Positions 9,546-21,598 of a stretch of 64,000 bases of DNA are shown here, one piece after another. The stretch spans positions 558,001-622,000 of the forward strand of contig CP145425.1 in assembly GCA_036867785.1 (NCBI GenBank), given 5' to 3'. A model generated the notes under the pieces. It saw only the letters and a program-made list of their open reading frames with translations. It did not search any database and was not told the DNA's origin. Origin of the DNA: Plasmodiophora brassicae. Lineage: Eukaryota. Every line of letters starts with the position of its first letter. Within the stretch, counting starts at the first letter, position 1. Position numbers and translations under genes: made by a program.

Positions 9546-12050
9546 ATGGAATCGCAGGACGTTCGCGTCGACGTTGCCGCCGTTGAGCCGCCCAAGAGCC
9601 CGTCCCGGAGGGTGCACTTGACCTGGGACAACGTCCAGTACAGCATTCCGGTGAAGGTCGGCAAGAAGACTGAAGAGCGGGCGCTGCTGAAAGGCGTCTC
9701 CGGCGAAGCCAAACCTGGGCAGCTGTGCGCCATCATGGGGGTACGCCGCCTGCGGGCGCTGTTCGTGTCCCGCCCTGTCTGACCCGCCCATTGCATAGAG
9801 CTCGGGCGCCGGCAAGACCACGCTGCTGAACGTTCTCGCTGGGCGAATCGACGTTGGAAATGTATACGATCAGGACGGGCGTGCCTGTCTGGAGCGCTGC
9901 TGACTGCAAGCGCGTACAGCTGTCGGGCAGCATCCTCGTCAACGGGGACCCGCGGACGGAGTCGACTTGGAAGAAAACGGTGGCGTTCGTCGAGCAGGAC
10001 GACCTGATGCTGCACAATCTGTCGGTTCGCGAGACGCTCATGTACGCGGCGATGCTGCGGTTGCCATCGTCCGTCAGCAAGGAGGACAAGGCGAATCGCG
10101 TCGAGAAGATCATCGAGCAGCTGGGCCTGAAGAAATGCGGTATGAATGCCCAGCTCAACGTCCTCATCGGTCTACTGAGCCATGGCGTTTCCATTCCAGC
10201 CGACTCCTGGATCGGCAGTGTCGATACGGCGCGGGGCATCTCCGGCGGCGAACGGAAGCGTGTCTCGATTGGGATTGAGCTCGTCACCGACCCGTCGTTG
10301 CTGTTCCTCGACGAGGTCGTACCGCGCCGTGCATCGTCGCTGTGCCACTCAGGATCGTTCGTGCTCAGCCAACGTCGGGGTTGGACGCGTTCACTGCCTG
10401 CACCGTTATGGACGTGGTCAAGAAGGTGGCTGTTGCCGGGAACAAGACCGTGCTGTGCACGATCCACCAGCCGTACGTCGACGCGCTAGACCTTGTTAGG
10501 CGAATCTAAGGCATCCGTGTGCAGGCGCTCTGAGATCCTGGAACTGTTCGACTCGATCATCCTGCTGGCCGGCGGCAAATGCATCTTCGTGGGCAGCGTC
10601 GACGCCGGCGTGCAGCATTTCGCATCGCTGGGCATCAAGTGCCCGCCGCAGACGAACCCGTCCGACTTCTTCCTGGACACGATGACGCTGGATTTCCGGT
10701 CGGACAAGCTGAAGGAGGAGTCGGCCGCCCGCATCAAGGCGCTGCAGGACAAATGGGAATCGATGCCCCGAGAAGGTGGGCAGCCGGCGCTGAAGCTCGA
10801 GGAGGCCCCCAAGGCGTGCGAGACCTGGACCGCACAGACCGACTGGAGCAACTCGTTCGTCGTGGAATTCCTCATTCTGCTCGACCGCGGGTTCAAGGAC
10901 CTGCTGCGCAACCCGGCCAACATCGGCGCCTCTATGGGGCAGGCCACCATCCTCATCATCATCGTGGGTCCCGTGTGCTCCCCCTGCCAAACCCTCCCTG
11001 CTTATATGTCGCTGTCGACAGTTCGGCGCCCTGTTCTGGCAAGTGACGCTGGATTCGGCCGGCGTCCAGAACCGTATCGGATTCCTGTACGTTTAAGCGA
11101 CGTCATGCTGTTGCTGTCACGCGTGTGTGTTAACCGACCCGCCCTGCAGGTTCATGATCACGATCAACCAAACGTGGGAACGGTTGCCGCCGATGGGCCA
11201 TCATCACGCATCTGACCGATTCAATTGGTAGGTTCGGCGTTGTGATGCCCATCATTGGCGTTCTGCCCGTCTCGAAGTACGTTGCTGGTGGTGCTCGCGT
11301 GTTCCAGACGTAGCGTCTAACGCCAGTGCAGGGCGCTGATTCGTCGCGAGCGGTCTGCTGGGACGTACCGGGCGGGATCGGCGTTCCTGGCGCGGGTGAT
11401 CACGGGCGGTTTCCTGCCGATCATCTCCTGTGTCTACCTGACCGCCGTCGTCTACTGGCCGATTGGGCTCCGGAACTCGGCCTCCCAGTTCTTCATATTC
11501 GTCGGCTGCGTGTCCCTGCACTCGTCCGTCTCCAACGTTCTGTAAGCACCGGCCGCGCTCTCGCTAGACGCGTCAGAGCCTGAAGTGAACGCCACCCCAG
11601 GGGCATCATGATCGGGTCGATCGTGCCGAACCCGTTCGTCGGGCAGATCGTCGGTACGGATCGCCACGTGCGTAGCCGGTTGCCGTCGGCGGAACTGAAC
11701 GCGCGCGCGTGTATACAGGCCCACTGTTCATCATGATCATGCTGTTGTTCGGCGGCATGCTCATCAACGTGTCGTCGATCACCCCGGCGCTGAGCTGGCT
11801 CAAGTACTTCTCCACGATCCGCTACGCGTACTCGTCCATCTCGCAGAACGAGTTCAGGGACCTGAAGTTCCGCTGCCCGCCCAATGGCCAGTGCTTCGCC
11901 ACAGGGGACTCCGTCCTGACGACGTACGGCCTGGAGGACTACTCGATCGCCTGGAACTGTTTCGCATCGGCCGTCATCGGCGTCGGGTTCTTCCTCATCG
12001 GCGCCTTCTTCTTCGCCGTGAAGACCAAGCCAAGCCTTCGCCTGCGATGA
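9546..12050 (+). CDS. ABCG (White-type) half transporter (multi-exon)
   Basis: LLKGVSG, AIMG|SSGAGKTTLLN (Walker A), ISGGERKRVSIG (signature), LFLDE, TIHQP, NPSDF, then an ABC2 membrane domain. Confidence 0.96.
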
Positions 12051-12347
12051 GTTCCGGTTGCACCCGGTCCTGGACGACTCCCGCGAATACAACCCTGGGC
12101 GCGCGTTCCCCGTCGCCTGCATTTCTGTGCAGAGTCCAAAGTCGCTTCCCTCTTCTGTGTCAACCAGGAGATACGGAGGTGTTGTCGTTAGAGCGCGCGT
12201 GTTGCTCATGATGTGCTCCTGAACGTCCTTCCGCGGTTTGTTTTTTGTGCCGTACACCGGTCACGCCACAAATAGCTGCAGTCGCCCCCCGGTGGCAGTG
12301 GCCGGGTGTGCAGCCCGCACGGCGCTGTCGGGATGATTCCATCGGGA

Positions 12348-13920
12348 ATGATGTGGCGGACGGCGACGACGGGCGCGTACGCCGGATGGATGTGCGCCCG
12401 GGTCGCCGTCCGCCGATTCGCGTCTCGCTCGACGTCGTCGTCGTTCTCGCTGGTCCCGTTCCGGTTCGACCGTCGCGCGGGGCCACTGGCGAAACGGGAC
12501 GATTGACGCGCGCCTACCTACATAGGTTGTCGACCGATGACGCCCGCCGCGTGTTTCACGACTTCTTCCAGAACATGTGGCTGGCGCCTGAGGAGGTGCG
12601 AAGCGCGGCGAACGTTCGTGGGTGCCGCGCCGTGTTCACGCCGTACTGGGCGTACGACGTCCAGACGGAGACCACCGTCGAAGGCGTACGTTCAACGTAG
12701 ACTACGTCACCGTCGGTACCCATTCGTGGCCCCTCAGGACATTGGCCGCCGATCACCGGACGGCACAAAGATCTCCTTCTCAAGCGCCCGCCTTCGCAAA
12801 CCGATTCGCAGCCACTACTCGAGCGATTTGCCCGAAATGCAAATCTACGCCGGGTTCTCGCTCAAACGTGCCAACGCCCAGATCCTCAAGGTCGGCTGGT
12901 TCGAACAGTGCAACACAGTTCTGTTGATCAACGGCCGCTGGGCCCACCTACGTAGGTCCCGCTGTCGGCGGTAAAGCCGCTCAGCCCATCGACGGTCTAC
13001 GGGCAGGAAATGGAGCCGTTCAGTATGGACCGATCGCGCGCCCTCGTTCGTGTATTGCGACACGTGAAGGCGGTCGAGCAGCGCATGGCCGAGCGGGAAC
13101 TGCTTCGTGCAACGGGGGCCGCTGCCTGCCGTAATGTCACCGTTGATGTTCGGGTGACACACACCTGGAGGCGGGTCTACTTTCCAGCGTACGTCTTTGA
13201 TTACAGCCACTTGGGAAGCGATTTCACTGTATGACGCAACGCGGTGGGCTGGTGGTGATTGTCTGAGCGGGTTCCCGTATAGGTCGTCATCAACGGGTTC
13301 AACGGCAACATCTTCGGGTTACCTCAGTTCTCGGCGGTTAAGGTCGCCCTGGCGGTTGCGTTCCCAGTGACCCTGATCCTGCACAGCCTCGAAGCGTCGC
13401 TAAACCTGCCCCTGTACGTGGCGTGTGTCGCCATCCCGTCAGCGTTTATCGGCTTGGCGTGCAAGTTCCTACCTGGGTTCGTCGCGCAGCGTCGCGAAGC
13501 ACAGCGCCTTCAGGAACAGCAAACAGAAAGGTGTGGTACCTGGCGTTCATGTCGCCCGTTGCTGACCATCGGATGCACAGTACATACTCCGCTGACTTCG
13601 AGGAAGAGTGGGACAGCGAATCGCGTACACAGTGGGATCGAAGGGAACAACGATACCAGGAGCGGTATCGGCCGCCGCCGCACGTCTCCAGGCAGGCGTC
13701 CGACCTGTACGACTTGATTGGCGTCAAGCGAGATGCCAGCCTGGCTGACATATCCCGAGCGTTCCGTGCGCAAGCACTGAAGTACCATCCCGATGTTCAC
13801 GCCAACGAGTCCGATCAGGCGGAGGCAGGGAGGCGCTTCACGAAGATCGTCGCCGCCTACCAAGTCCTTCGGGACCCAGTGAAACGAGCCAACTACGACC
13901 GCACCGGCCGAACAGGCTGA
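12348..13920 (+). CDS. DnaJ protein with C-terminal J domain and probable organellar presequence (multi-exon; start approximate)
   Basis: DLYDLIGV...ISRAFRAQALKYHPD...AYQVLRDPVKRANYD; upstream exons include PYWAYD, VYFPAYVFDY and a TM segment. Confidence 0.8.
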
Positions 13921-13981
13921 CTAACTATACCATTCGTCGAAGGACCAACCCCTATGTTTATTTACAGCCGGATATAATAGC

Positions 13982-14960
13982 TTACGGAGCGCCGCCCGTC
14001 GTAAAGACAACAGCCAGCTCGACAACGAACAAGACAATGGTGAGGCCCGTCAGCACTTTCCGGGCCGTGTTCTCCTTGGCCGAGTACGTGTACTTCTTCA
14101 CGAGGCCGCCACCAATCAGCAACCCATAGACAAGGCCACCTGCATGATGGTCCACGTCAGAATCGCCAATGCCAGACCGATCGATGGAGGGCAACGTACC
14201 CAGGTGCGCGTAGTTATCAATCCCGGTGCTCGTTAGCCCCAGCCCGAAATTGAGTACCAACAGGATGATGATATTGCAGAGCCTCTACGATCGGGGAGCG
14301 CATCACATTACGACGCAGCAAGCGAGACCACCCGATGCCACTAACCTGGGGAGCGTCAGGCAATTCGTTCCAGTTGAAGACGATGTAGGATATGATTGCG
14401 CCCAGGAGACCCATCAGCGCACCACTGGCGCCCACGCTGATGGCTTCCCCCAACGTCGCCGACGTCAAACTGGCGCCGACGCCGGAGACCCAGTAGATCA
14501 CGGCCATACGCGACGTTCCCCAGAGCGCTTCGTACACGAAGCCGATGTTGCATTGGAAGACAAGGTTCAGGCCAATGTGGAGCAGGCCAGCGTGAAGAAC
14601 TACGGCCGAGAACAACCGCCAGACCTCGTAGTGCTTGATCAGTTTCAGCTTCTCGATGGCACCCATCGCCAACAGGGTCTGGGAGCTCGGGCCAGCCATG
14701 CTGTTCGCCTTGACGAACGCTCCGTCGCGCGTCGCACCAACGATCAACGTGATGAGGAACATGACGACATCGATGGTCGACATCACGCCGATGAACGAGC
14801 GCCAGCGCGCCTGCGGGAACATGATCTCCTTGATCGACGGCAGCACCGGCAAGGCCATCGGGGCGACGCCCCCCGACGGCACTGCGCGGGCGCCGCCCAT
14901 GCCGCTGCTGCGCCCACCATCGCTCTGGTCCTCTAGGTCGGCCAGGCCACGAACTACCAT
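13982..14960 (-). CDS. Rhomboid intramembrane serine protease (2 introns)
   Basis: EVWRLF, HAGLLHIGLN, catalytic VGASG, GIDNYAHL|GGL. Confidence 0.95.
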
Positions 14961-15520
14961 GGCGACGACAACGAAACACGTTCCAAGTCGTCGGCCACTA
15001 CGCAAAAATAGCGTTTTGCGTCGACAGTGACTGACACAGGGCCGCGCCGGGTCGGCGCCGGCGGCCTCGGGAACCGTTTGCGACGCATTTTGTCCGCGAC
15101 AGTGACGACGTTACCCGGATTCTGACCCAGCACACGCGTTGCCGTCGTCGTTGGGTAACCCTTCGGACAGGTCTTGCGACCCCAAGATCCAGAGTCCAGC
15201 AAAGCCGAATATTGCATACGCTGCGATCGACTCTGCTAGGTGGCGCTCGTCGTGAATTGACCGCTGCCGTCGGTCGAGGGGATCATCACGCCTGCCACCG
15301 TCGGGTTGCATCCTCAGCTGTCCAGCGCGCGTGACCCACGCCTACGTCAACTCCACGAGTAGGTGATACCTTGTCTGAAATCGCTCGCAAGCCATGTGTT
15401 AACTGATACCACAGATAACAGGTCGTTGCTGGTGCGTGCAAACCGGTCGACCGCGTGACCGGTGACGCGCACGGGAACGTCCTCGAACCGTCGACCAATG
15501 CAAAACGAGTCGGTACTAAT

Positions 15521-16175
15521 TTATTCCCATTCGTCTGCTTCGTCGTCCTCGACGGTGACTTCGTATTCCTGTTCAATCTCCTGTCCATCGTCGGACATGT
15601 CAGCAGCGCGCCAGTCCTTCGCCTTGGCGTCCATCATGTACCCGTCGCTCAGGACTGACCATTGCTTGTCGGCGTCGTCTGCAGGTGCCGTCGATTTCGT
15701 GCGGCCGGATTTTAGCATGTCAAAGAACTTCGCTTTGGAAACCTTATCCGCGGCCGCTACTTTCGATGTGGCTAGAGCGGCAGGTTTCCTATCTTGCATC
15801 AGCTTCTGTTGCGCTGTGACGGCGTTAAATAAAGTAACCACTGCACGAATATTGACAATTAGCGTCGCAGGTTACGCACAAACAACACTGGCGATTACCT
15901 CCTTTCGTTGCTGTCCGAATAAGAATCCGTTCCAGCGCACCGTCCGCCTCGTAGTCGGTGACGGGCGCATGCTCTTTCAGGCGAAGGAGCTTCTTGAGTT
16001 TGCGCTCCTTTCGTTTGGCGCGGAGTTCCTTATCGACCGTGGGCAGCGATTTCCGCACGGCGACGTCATGCTCGCAGGCGTCCGACCTCCTGCTCAGCAG
16101 GCCCGACAACGCATTGCCGAATGCGGATGGCGCTGATGATACCTCGGTAGAGGGAGCCGTCTGAACTTTGCTCAT
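15521..16175 (-). CDS. RRP15: Ribosome biogenesis protein RRP15 (one intron)
   Basis: ERILIRTATKG|VVTLFNAV, KAKFFDMLK, WSVLSDGYMMDAKAKDW. Confidence 0.85.
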
Positions 16176-16857
16176 GGTCGTTTGAGAACGTGACCCAGCA
16201 CGCTGCCCGAGTCCGCTGCGGTGTCCGCCACGGACTTCCCTGCTCCAGCCGTGGAACGACGCGGACGATGTGATCGACTGGGACGACGACGCCCGTGCAA
16301 GGGGCGCGTCCCATTCGCCATGGACTCACTGCTGAAGTCGCCAATGGGCCATGACGTTCGGTAACCGCAGCATCGGCGATTACGTCCTGATGCTGCGCGC
16401 TGACGGCATCCCACCGACGGCCCCGCGTCGGGCGACGACGCTGCGCGCGACTCGTCTGTTCAAGGTCGAGGAGTTCGCGGCGTGTGTCCCGTCGGATACG
16501 CTGGTTGCCATCGGATCGGAACATTGACTTGTTGCCGTTTGTTGCGAAGAGGGCGCTCGCGAATCGGAACAGTAACATCGGGAAGGTCACACGCCGGTGC
16601 CCGGTCGTCACCTGCAGCAACGAGCTGTGGGCCGTCGGTGCCCCGGTACGCCGCGAGCGTCACCGCCTGGTCGTGGAGTGTCGACGTACCAGTCACGATA
16701 TCCCGCGCCTGCCGCCGCCGACTCCCTACTCCAGGCTCTGCACCAGCTGACATGGGCCGGCGCAATGCAGAAGGTGATGGCGATGCAAGTCCAGCGACTC
16801 CCGAAGCCGATTGATTCGCTAGATGTGTCGAAGACGTCGTCCATACGCAAGTAAGCG

Positions 16858-17303
16858 AAGCTGTTTAATGAGGCCTTGCTGTTAGGATTCTCTCCGAGTG
16901 GTATGGCTTCACCGGTGTCCCTCGGGAATCCAGTACATCTACGTCGTCCGACAGCCTCTGGAGCATGATGAGCAGTGCCGGAGGCGCTTCTACACCTCAG
17001 AATGCGTATGACGAGGTCGACGCATTCTATTCGCAAGCCGTTGGGGATTTGCCTGACCTGGATCTGGTCACTTGGTGGTATGTACGCAGGGACCAGGTTC
17101 CATACCAATACCGCTTGTCAATGGACATCTTGGCGGATACTGGTCCCTGCGTACATACCACCAAGTGACCAGATCCAGGTCAGGCAAATCCCCAACGGCT
17201 TGCGAATAGAATGCGTCGACCTCGTCATACGATTTTGGAGGGATACCGCTGAAGACGTTCCTCTCGGAGAGGATCCTACCAGCAAAGCCTAACTAAACAA
17301 CTT
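16858..17303. mobile_element. hAT transposase C-terminal (dimerisation domain) relic present as two inverted copies
   Basis: The + strand reads STSTSSDSLWSMM...YDEVDAFYSQAVGDLPDLDLVTWWYVRRDQVPYQYRLSMDILA, matching the hAT-type E.d.Y....D.l.WW.....fP.l..la.diL pattern, then breaks into its own reverse complement. Confidence 0.7.
17005..17231. repeat. Perfect 92-bp inverted repeat (17005-17096 / 17140-17231) with 43-nt loop
   Basis: Arms are exact reverse complements by base-by-base reading; diverged outer arms at about 16858-16923 / 17238-17303. Confidence 0.95.
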
Positions 17304-17954
17304 CAATACGTGTTGGAACTGTTGGCAAACGCGACAATGGCCGATCAATGTGAGAGAAAGGCATCGTGAGGTAGGTCGCGTCATTATGCAGATACGCAGC
17401 GCGTTCCCAACTTGTTAGCATCGGAGATGATGGCATGGTCACGATATACCGATGGCTTTGACGAGGAAGTTCACAAGGAGGGTATCACCGCGTGACAGAA
17501 TACCGCTGTGCGGGTTCCCAGGGCTCGTATCCAGCAGGAGAAGATCTCAAGCATAACTGGGTGGGTATCGCCAGGCAACAGCCGTGCAGCGTGGACGATG
17601 CAGCACCCGATACCTTCAGCAAATCTTCGACTCTCCTTCGTGAACTCGCCATCCGCTTTGAATCGCAGGGCATCGAACTCACGTCGGGTGAGCGACGACA
17701 GAGGGCGCCGTGTCGTCGGAAACTGCCGCTACTTGAAGGGCAACGGCGACGTCAAGCCCGCCCCATTGTCAACCGCTTTGCCGGCCACCGACGATGCCGA
17801 CCCTGCTGCACGCCAGACGCGAACAGCGTGTCGCATCGCCACGTAGGTTGCGAATGCAGCCGATAAACCGACCCGCCCAGCAGGTCGTCCTGGTGGTGAA
17901 CTGCTGCTGATGGAAGACAACCGCACCGGCGGCGCCGGTCATCAGAGGTGGGCC

Positions 17955-17959
17955 AAAAA
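17955..17959 (-). terminator. Pol III oligo-T terminator of 5S rRNA
   Basis: TTTTT directly 3' of the 5S on the minus strand. Confidence 0.8.
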
Positions 17960-18079
17960 GGTTACATCACCATGCGGTTCCCCGGTGGTCCCCCTCCCGA
18001 GTACTGAACAGGCCAAACACCATTTGGCTTCGCAATTCGGAATGAGATACGGCACATTCGGTGTTGTATGAACGTAACC
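17960..18079 (-). rRNA. 5S rRNA, solitary copy
   Basis: 120 nt GGTTACGTTCATAC...CCGAATTGCGAAGCCAA...AGTACT...GGGACCACCGGGGAA...GTAACC with terminal helix GGTTAC/GTAACC, immediately followed by TTTTT. Confidence 0.93.
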
Positions 18080-18920
18080 GTCAGAGGACAGCGGCTCGGC
18101 TAATTCGAGGTCGCCGTCTGTTGATGGACGGCTCGGATGGGCGCTACATTGCCGCCTCAGGTGCGAGCAGCAACGATGAAGTGCGGTTGGCCCGTTTCGG
18201 AAAAGGGCATTTGCAGTTGGGGCGGACGGTTCATCTTATTGGGGTGCGCTGAGTCAAGGTCGCGCACGTCACTATTCGATGCGTCCAGGTGCACGCCCAA
18301 TACCCGCCGCCGTCCAATCGATAATTACACCGGACACCAGACGTGTGCTATTCAATCACGAACGACCGAATCGGATTCCGCTTCATGGATTCGATTGGAT
18401 TGTAAGGTTTCCAGGTTGTACTGGTGTGCACGCAATTCGAGGTCCTCGATCAGAACTTGTCGCCCAGTTGCGGGAATGAACACGTCCGTCCGAGGCCCAA
18501 TCCAAGTGGGAATCAAACCCACCCTGCCGTTGAACATTCGCGGTACATACCGGTACCAATATGTCGACGCTGACTGCGCAAGTTGGTCTCTCAGAAGTGT
18601 CTTCCATGGTTTATATACCTGGCGTATCGTTGCCGCCGTCTAGCTCGAGTCTATTTACAAATAATGAATTGAGAAGCGCCAAGTAACGTCGGCAGTATGA
18701 TCGCGTTCTGCGCGGGGATGCCGGCCTGACGATAGTGAAGTTTCGGTGTCCGTGACCAATTCGTCCAGATAATGAGACCATCCCCTGATGCCCTTACGTC
18801 GTCAATTCTCTGCAGCCATTTATACTGTCTGCACCCTCTCTCTCTCTGTCTGGACCTGCACTGCGGACTACAGCGAGGGGAACGCGATAGAATCAGCGTT
18901 GATGCTACGTACGCCTGACG

Positions 18921-19669
18921 CTATTGTATTCGTTCAACGATCTCGAGGAATGTGGCCATGAACCGATTATAATCGTTGACGTCGAACGGATACGGGGAGA
19001 AGCGCGCTCTCTCGTATTGCTCGATGTAGTCCTGTGCCAGGTCGTCTGCAATGCCCGGGAACTCAGTCTGCAGGTATCTGCAGATGATCATCAGCCACAC
19101 AGCCCGATAACCATGCGCGTGAATACGAACGCCATGAAATCACGAACGCTGCGGAAATCGCGATGCCGGGTACCGGGCCTCGGCACTGATGCGGCCTCTT
19201 CCAGGACCAAGTACGATTTCGCGATTGATGTCTTGAAGTGCACGCCCTCCAGATTGGGCCCGTCGGGTGCGCTTCGGCCCCAGCCGTTATCCCCCTCTCC
19301 GGGCCTTCCAATTAGTGTCAGGCCCCCACCCTGATATCGGATACGTACGCGCGATTTCTACGATTCAGGGACCAATGACGCTTTGATGCGGTGCTCACGA
19401 ACAAGCTCGTTAACCATCGCTTGGTACATTCTCTGCAAAGCAGCGTAGCGCATTAGAAAATGTGTGAGTTGCCTGGGGCGTTGCTGTACCCGTGGCATAT
19501 CAGTCCTGGCCAGGGGCATTGCCTCGCGAGGGATCTCGGCGCGCAACCGGGCCACGGTCAGCGCACGTTTACGCTGAGCGGCGTACAGCAGGAGGACGGT
19601 GAGCGCCAGCAGGCTCGAGAAGATGAAGTAGTGCGCCGGCTGGATATTGCCCCACGACCGGTACGCCAT
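18921..19669 (-). CDS. DLT1/NICE-3-like N-terminally anchored membrane protein (2 introns)
   Basis: N-terminal TM (FIFSSLLALTVLLLYAA); spliced core NGWGRSAPDGPNLEGVHFKTSI...RSVRDFMA|YLQTEFPGIADDLAQDYIEQYERARFSPYPFDVNDYNRFMATF. Not captured as a single ORF in the track. Confidence 0.65.
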
Positions 19670-20007
19670 CACGACGCGTCACAATCCGTTGCATACGCAG
19701 TGAAGCGGGTTGCGACTTGCAAACACCGATAACGGAGAACGCGCGTCGGCGCGGTTCGGTCTGGTTTGGGTCTCGAGGAGCCGAAATGAACGAAACCAAA
19801 CGGACATATACTACGGGGACCCCTCGCCGACCCGGACATGGCGCCTATGGGCGGTGCCAGGAGCAACCGGAACGGATGGAACGCGCGCGCCACTCGCGAT
19901 GGCCAGAACAAAGCGTCCACGTTGCCCATGAGCCTATTCCTTGGGCGATATGTAACGCCAGTGACCTTCTCTCGTTTATCGTGAGTGCTTGAACTGGGTG
20001 GCAGGCG

Positions 20008-21366
20008 CTACAGGGCGAAGAACATGGTGAGCGTTGCCGTTAGAAGGGCGGCGACCGCCATGCTGGGCTTCTCCCTGAAGGCGCTTATGGTTGCTGGCGG
20101 CGTTGTCGGCCTAGGGTTCTGCACGTTCCCGACCGACGTGGTCGGCGATGGCGTCGCCGGCGCGTGCCGACCACCGTCGATGACGACCGGCGCTGGTGTC
20201 GGTGCAGGCGTCGGCGGTGGTGGCTTCGAGACGACCGCTGGCGGGCCATTCCTGGCCGCACTGAGTCGACAGCAAGTCAGTTGCTGATCGAGCCCATCTG
20301 CTGCTCTGGGTCGGTTACCACGACACGTTCATCGACACCCATCGAGACGTCGCGTAGGTCGGGTAGATCTGGAGCAGCAACAGTCAGGACGACGACACGG
20401 CTGACAGACCGAAGGCAGGCTTACGCCATTCGGTGCCGACCCAGCCCACGTGCTCTCCAGGGACGTCTCCCAGGCTCCAAACGAGATGCGCGAGGGAGTC
20501 GATGGGAAGTCCTCGCCAGCGGCCGCTGCACTCGCCGCCGTCGACGTGTGCTGGACGACGCCGTCGATGGCTGTGCAGGGAATCGCTCAGTCCACAGCGG
20601 CACCAGGGTGATCTGCCAGGAGCCGACCCCAGGTGATGCGTTCGGCGTTCCAGTCGAGCGTGTACGTGTGGAAGTGCTTCGAGTTGTCGTCCGGCGTCCG
20701 CATCGTGTACCCGTTGATGTTGTGCCCGTTGGCGTCCAGCATCTGCGTGCCCTTGAAGTACCAGTTGGCGCCGACGTTGGTCGGGTCGGCGCCCGTGATC
20801 TCCAGGTCGATCTCGTCCAGCGCCGTCGACACGCTGATGAACGACGTGACGCAGGTCGGGACGCCCGTCGACGTGAACCGCGCCGAGAACGTCCCGTAGA
20901 GGAACGCCCGCGACGTCGACACGATCGTCCCGCTGCCGATCTTCCCGGGGCCGTCGCCCGGCACGACCTGCATGATCAGCTCGCCGGCCTCGTTCAAGAA
21001 GGGCGTCCCGCCCTCGACGATAAACTGGGACGACGGCCCCGGGACCGGGTTCGTATTGTACTCCTGCAGGCTGATGTGCTCGTTCTCCCTTGCAACCGCG
21101 TCGAGTCAGTCGTGTGTGTGGCGTTGCCTACGCGGCGTCATGGAGCGTACCAGTTGGAGAAATCGGTCGCCCAGTTGCAGGTCGGCCCATCAAACAGGCA
21201 TTGCGACCAGTCGGTGTTGCCCGGGTCTGCCAGCTGAGGTCAGGCGCTGGTGACGCAACGGGGGAGCGGCGGCGGGCGCCATACGATTGCAATAGATCGG
21301 GGCGATATCGGCCCCAGCGTGCCAAACGCAGACGACCCCGACGACGATCCAGACGATGGGTTGCAT
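20008..21366 (-). CDS. Secreted, probably GPI-anchored GH16 (Crh-like) glycosidase/transglycosylase (multi-exon)
   Basis: Signal peptide MQPIVWIVVGVVCVWHAGA; FLYGTF, VTSFI, catalytic DEIDLE, FHTYTLDW; Pro/Thr stalk and hydrophobic tail MAVAALLTATLTMFFAL*. Confidence 0.88.
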
Positions 21367-21598
21367 TGTGTCTTTACAACGAAACGAGTACCGCTGTGAG
21401 AGGGGCGCGCGTGCCGCCAAAGGTGCTGCTGCCACGCGCCGTCCTGGCACGTGGCACCCAGCGTTCCATATGGGTGCCGGGCGCCTGCTGGTTCACGTCA
21501 GCTGTCTACTGCTTCCCTGCCGAATACAAACGAACTCGCGCCCGCCTGGGGGCGACTGGCGAGGCTGGCGGAAACCTCTGCTGTATAGACCCCATGTG

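Noticed and set aside
16608-17292. Two ORFs sharing LVPAYIPPSDQIQVRQIPNGLRIECVDLVIR as a paralogous gene pair
   Set aside because: The shared peptide is the antisense reading of the inverted repeat; the hAT-like frame explains the sequence better.
18100-18880. Possible spliced gene on the minus strand between 5S and the DLT1-like gene
   Set aside because: An open stretch exists (about 18352-18640) but no start, consistent splice model or motif could be supported.
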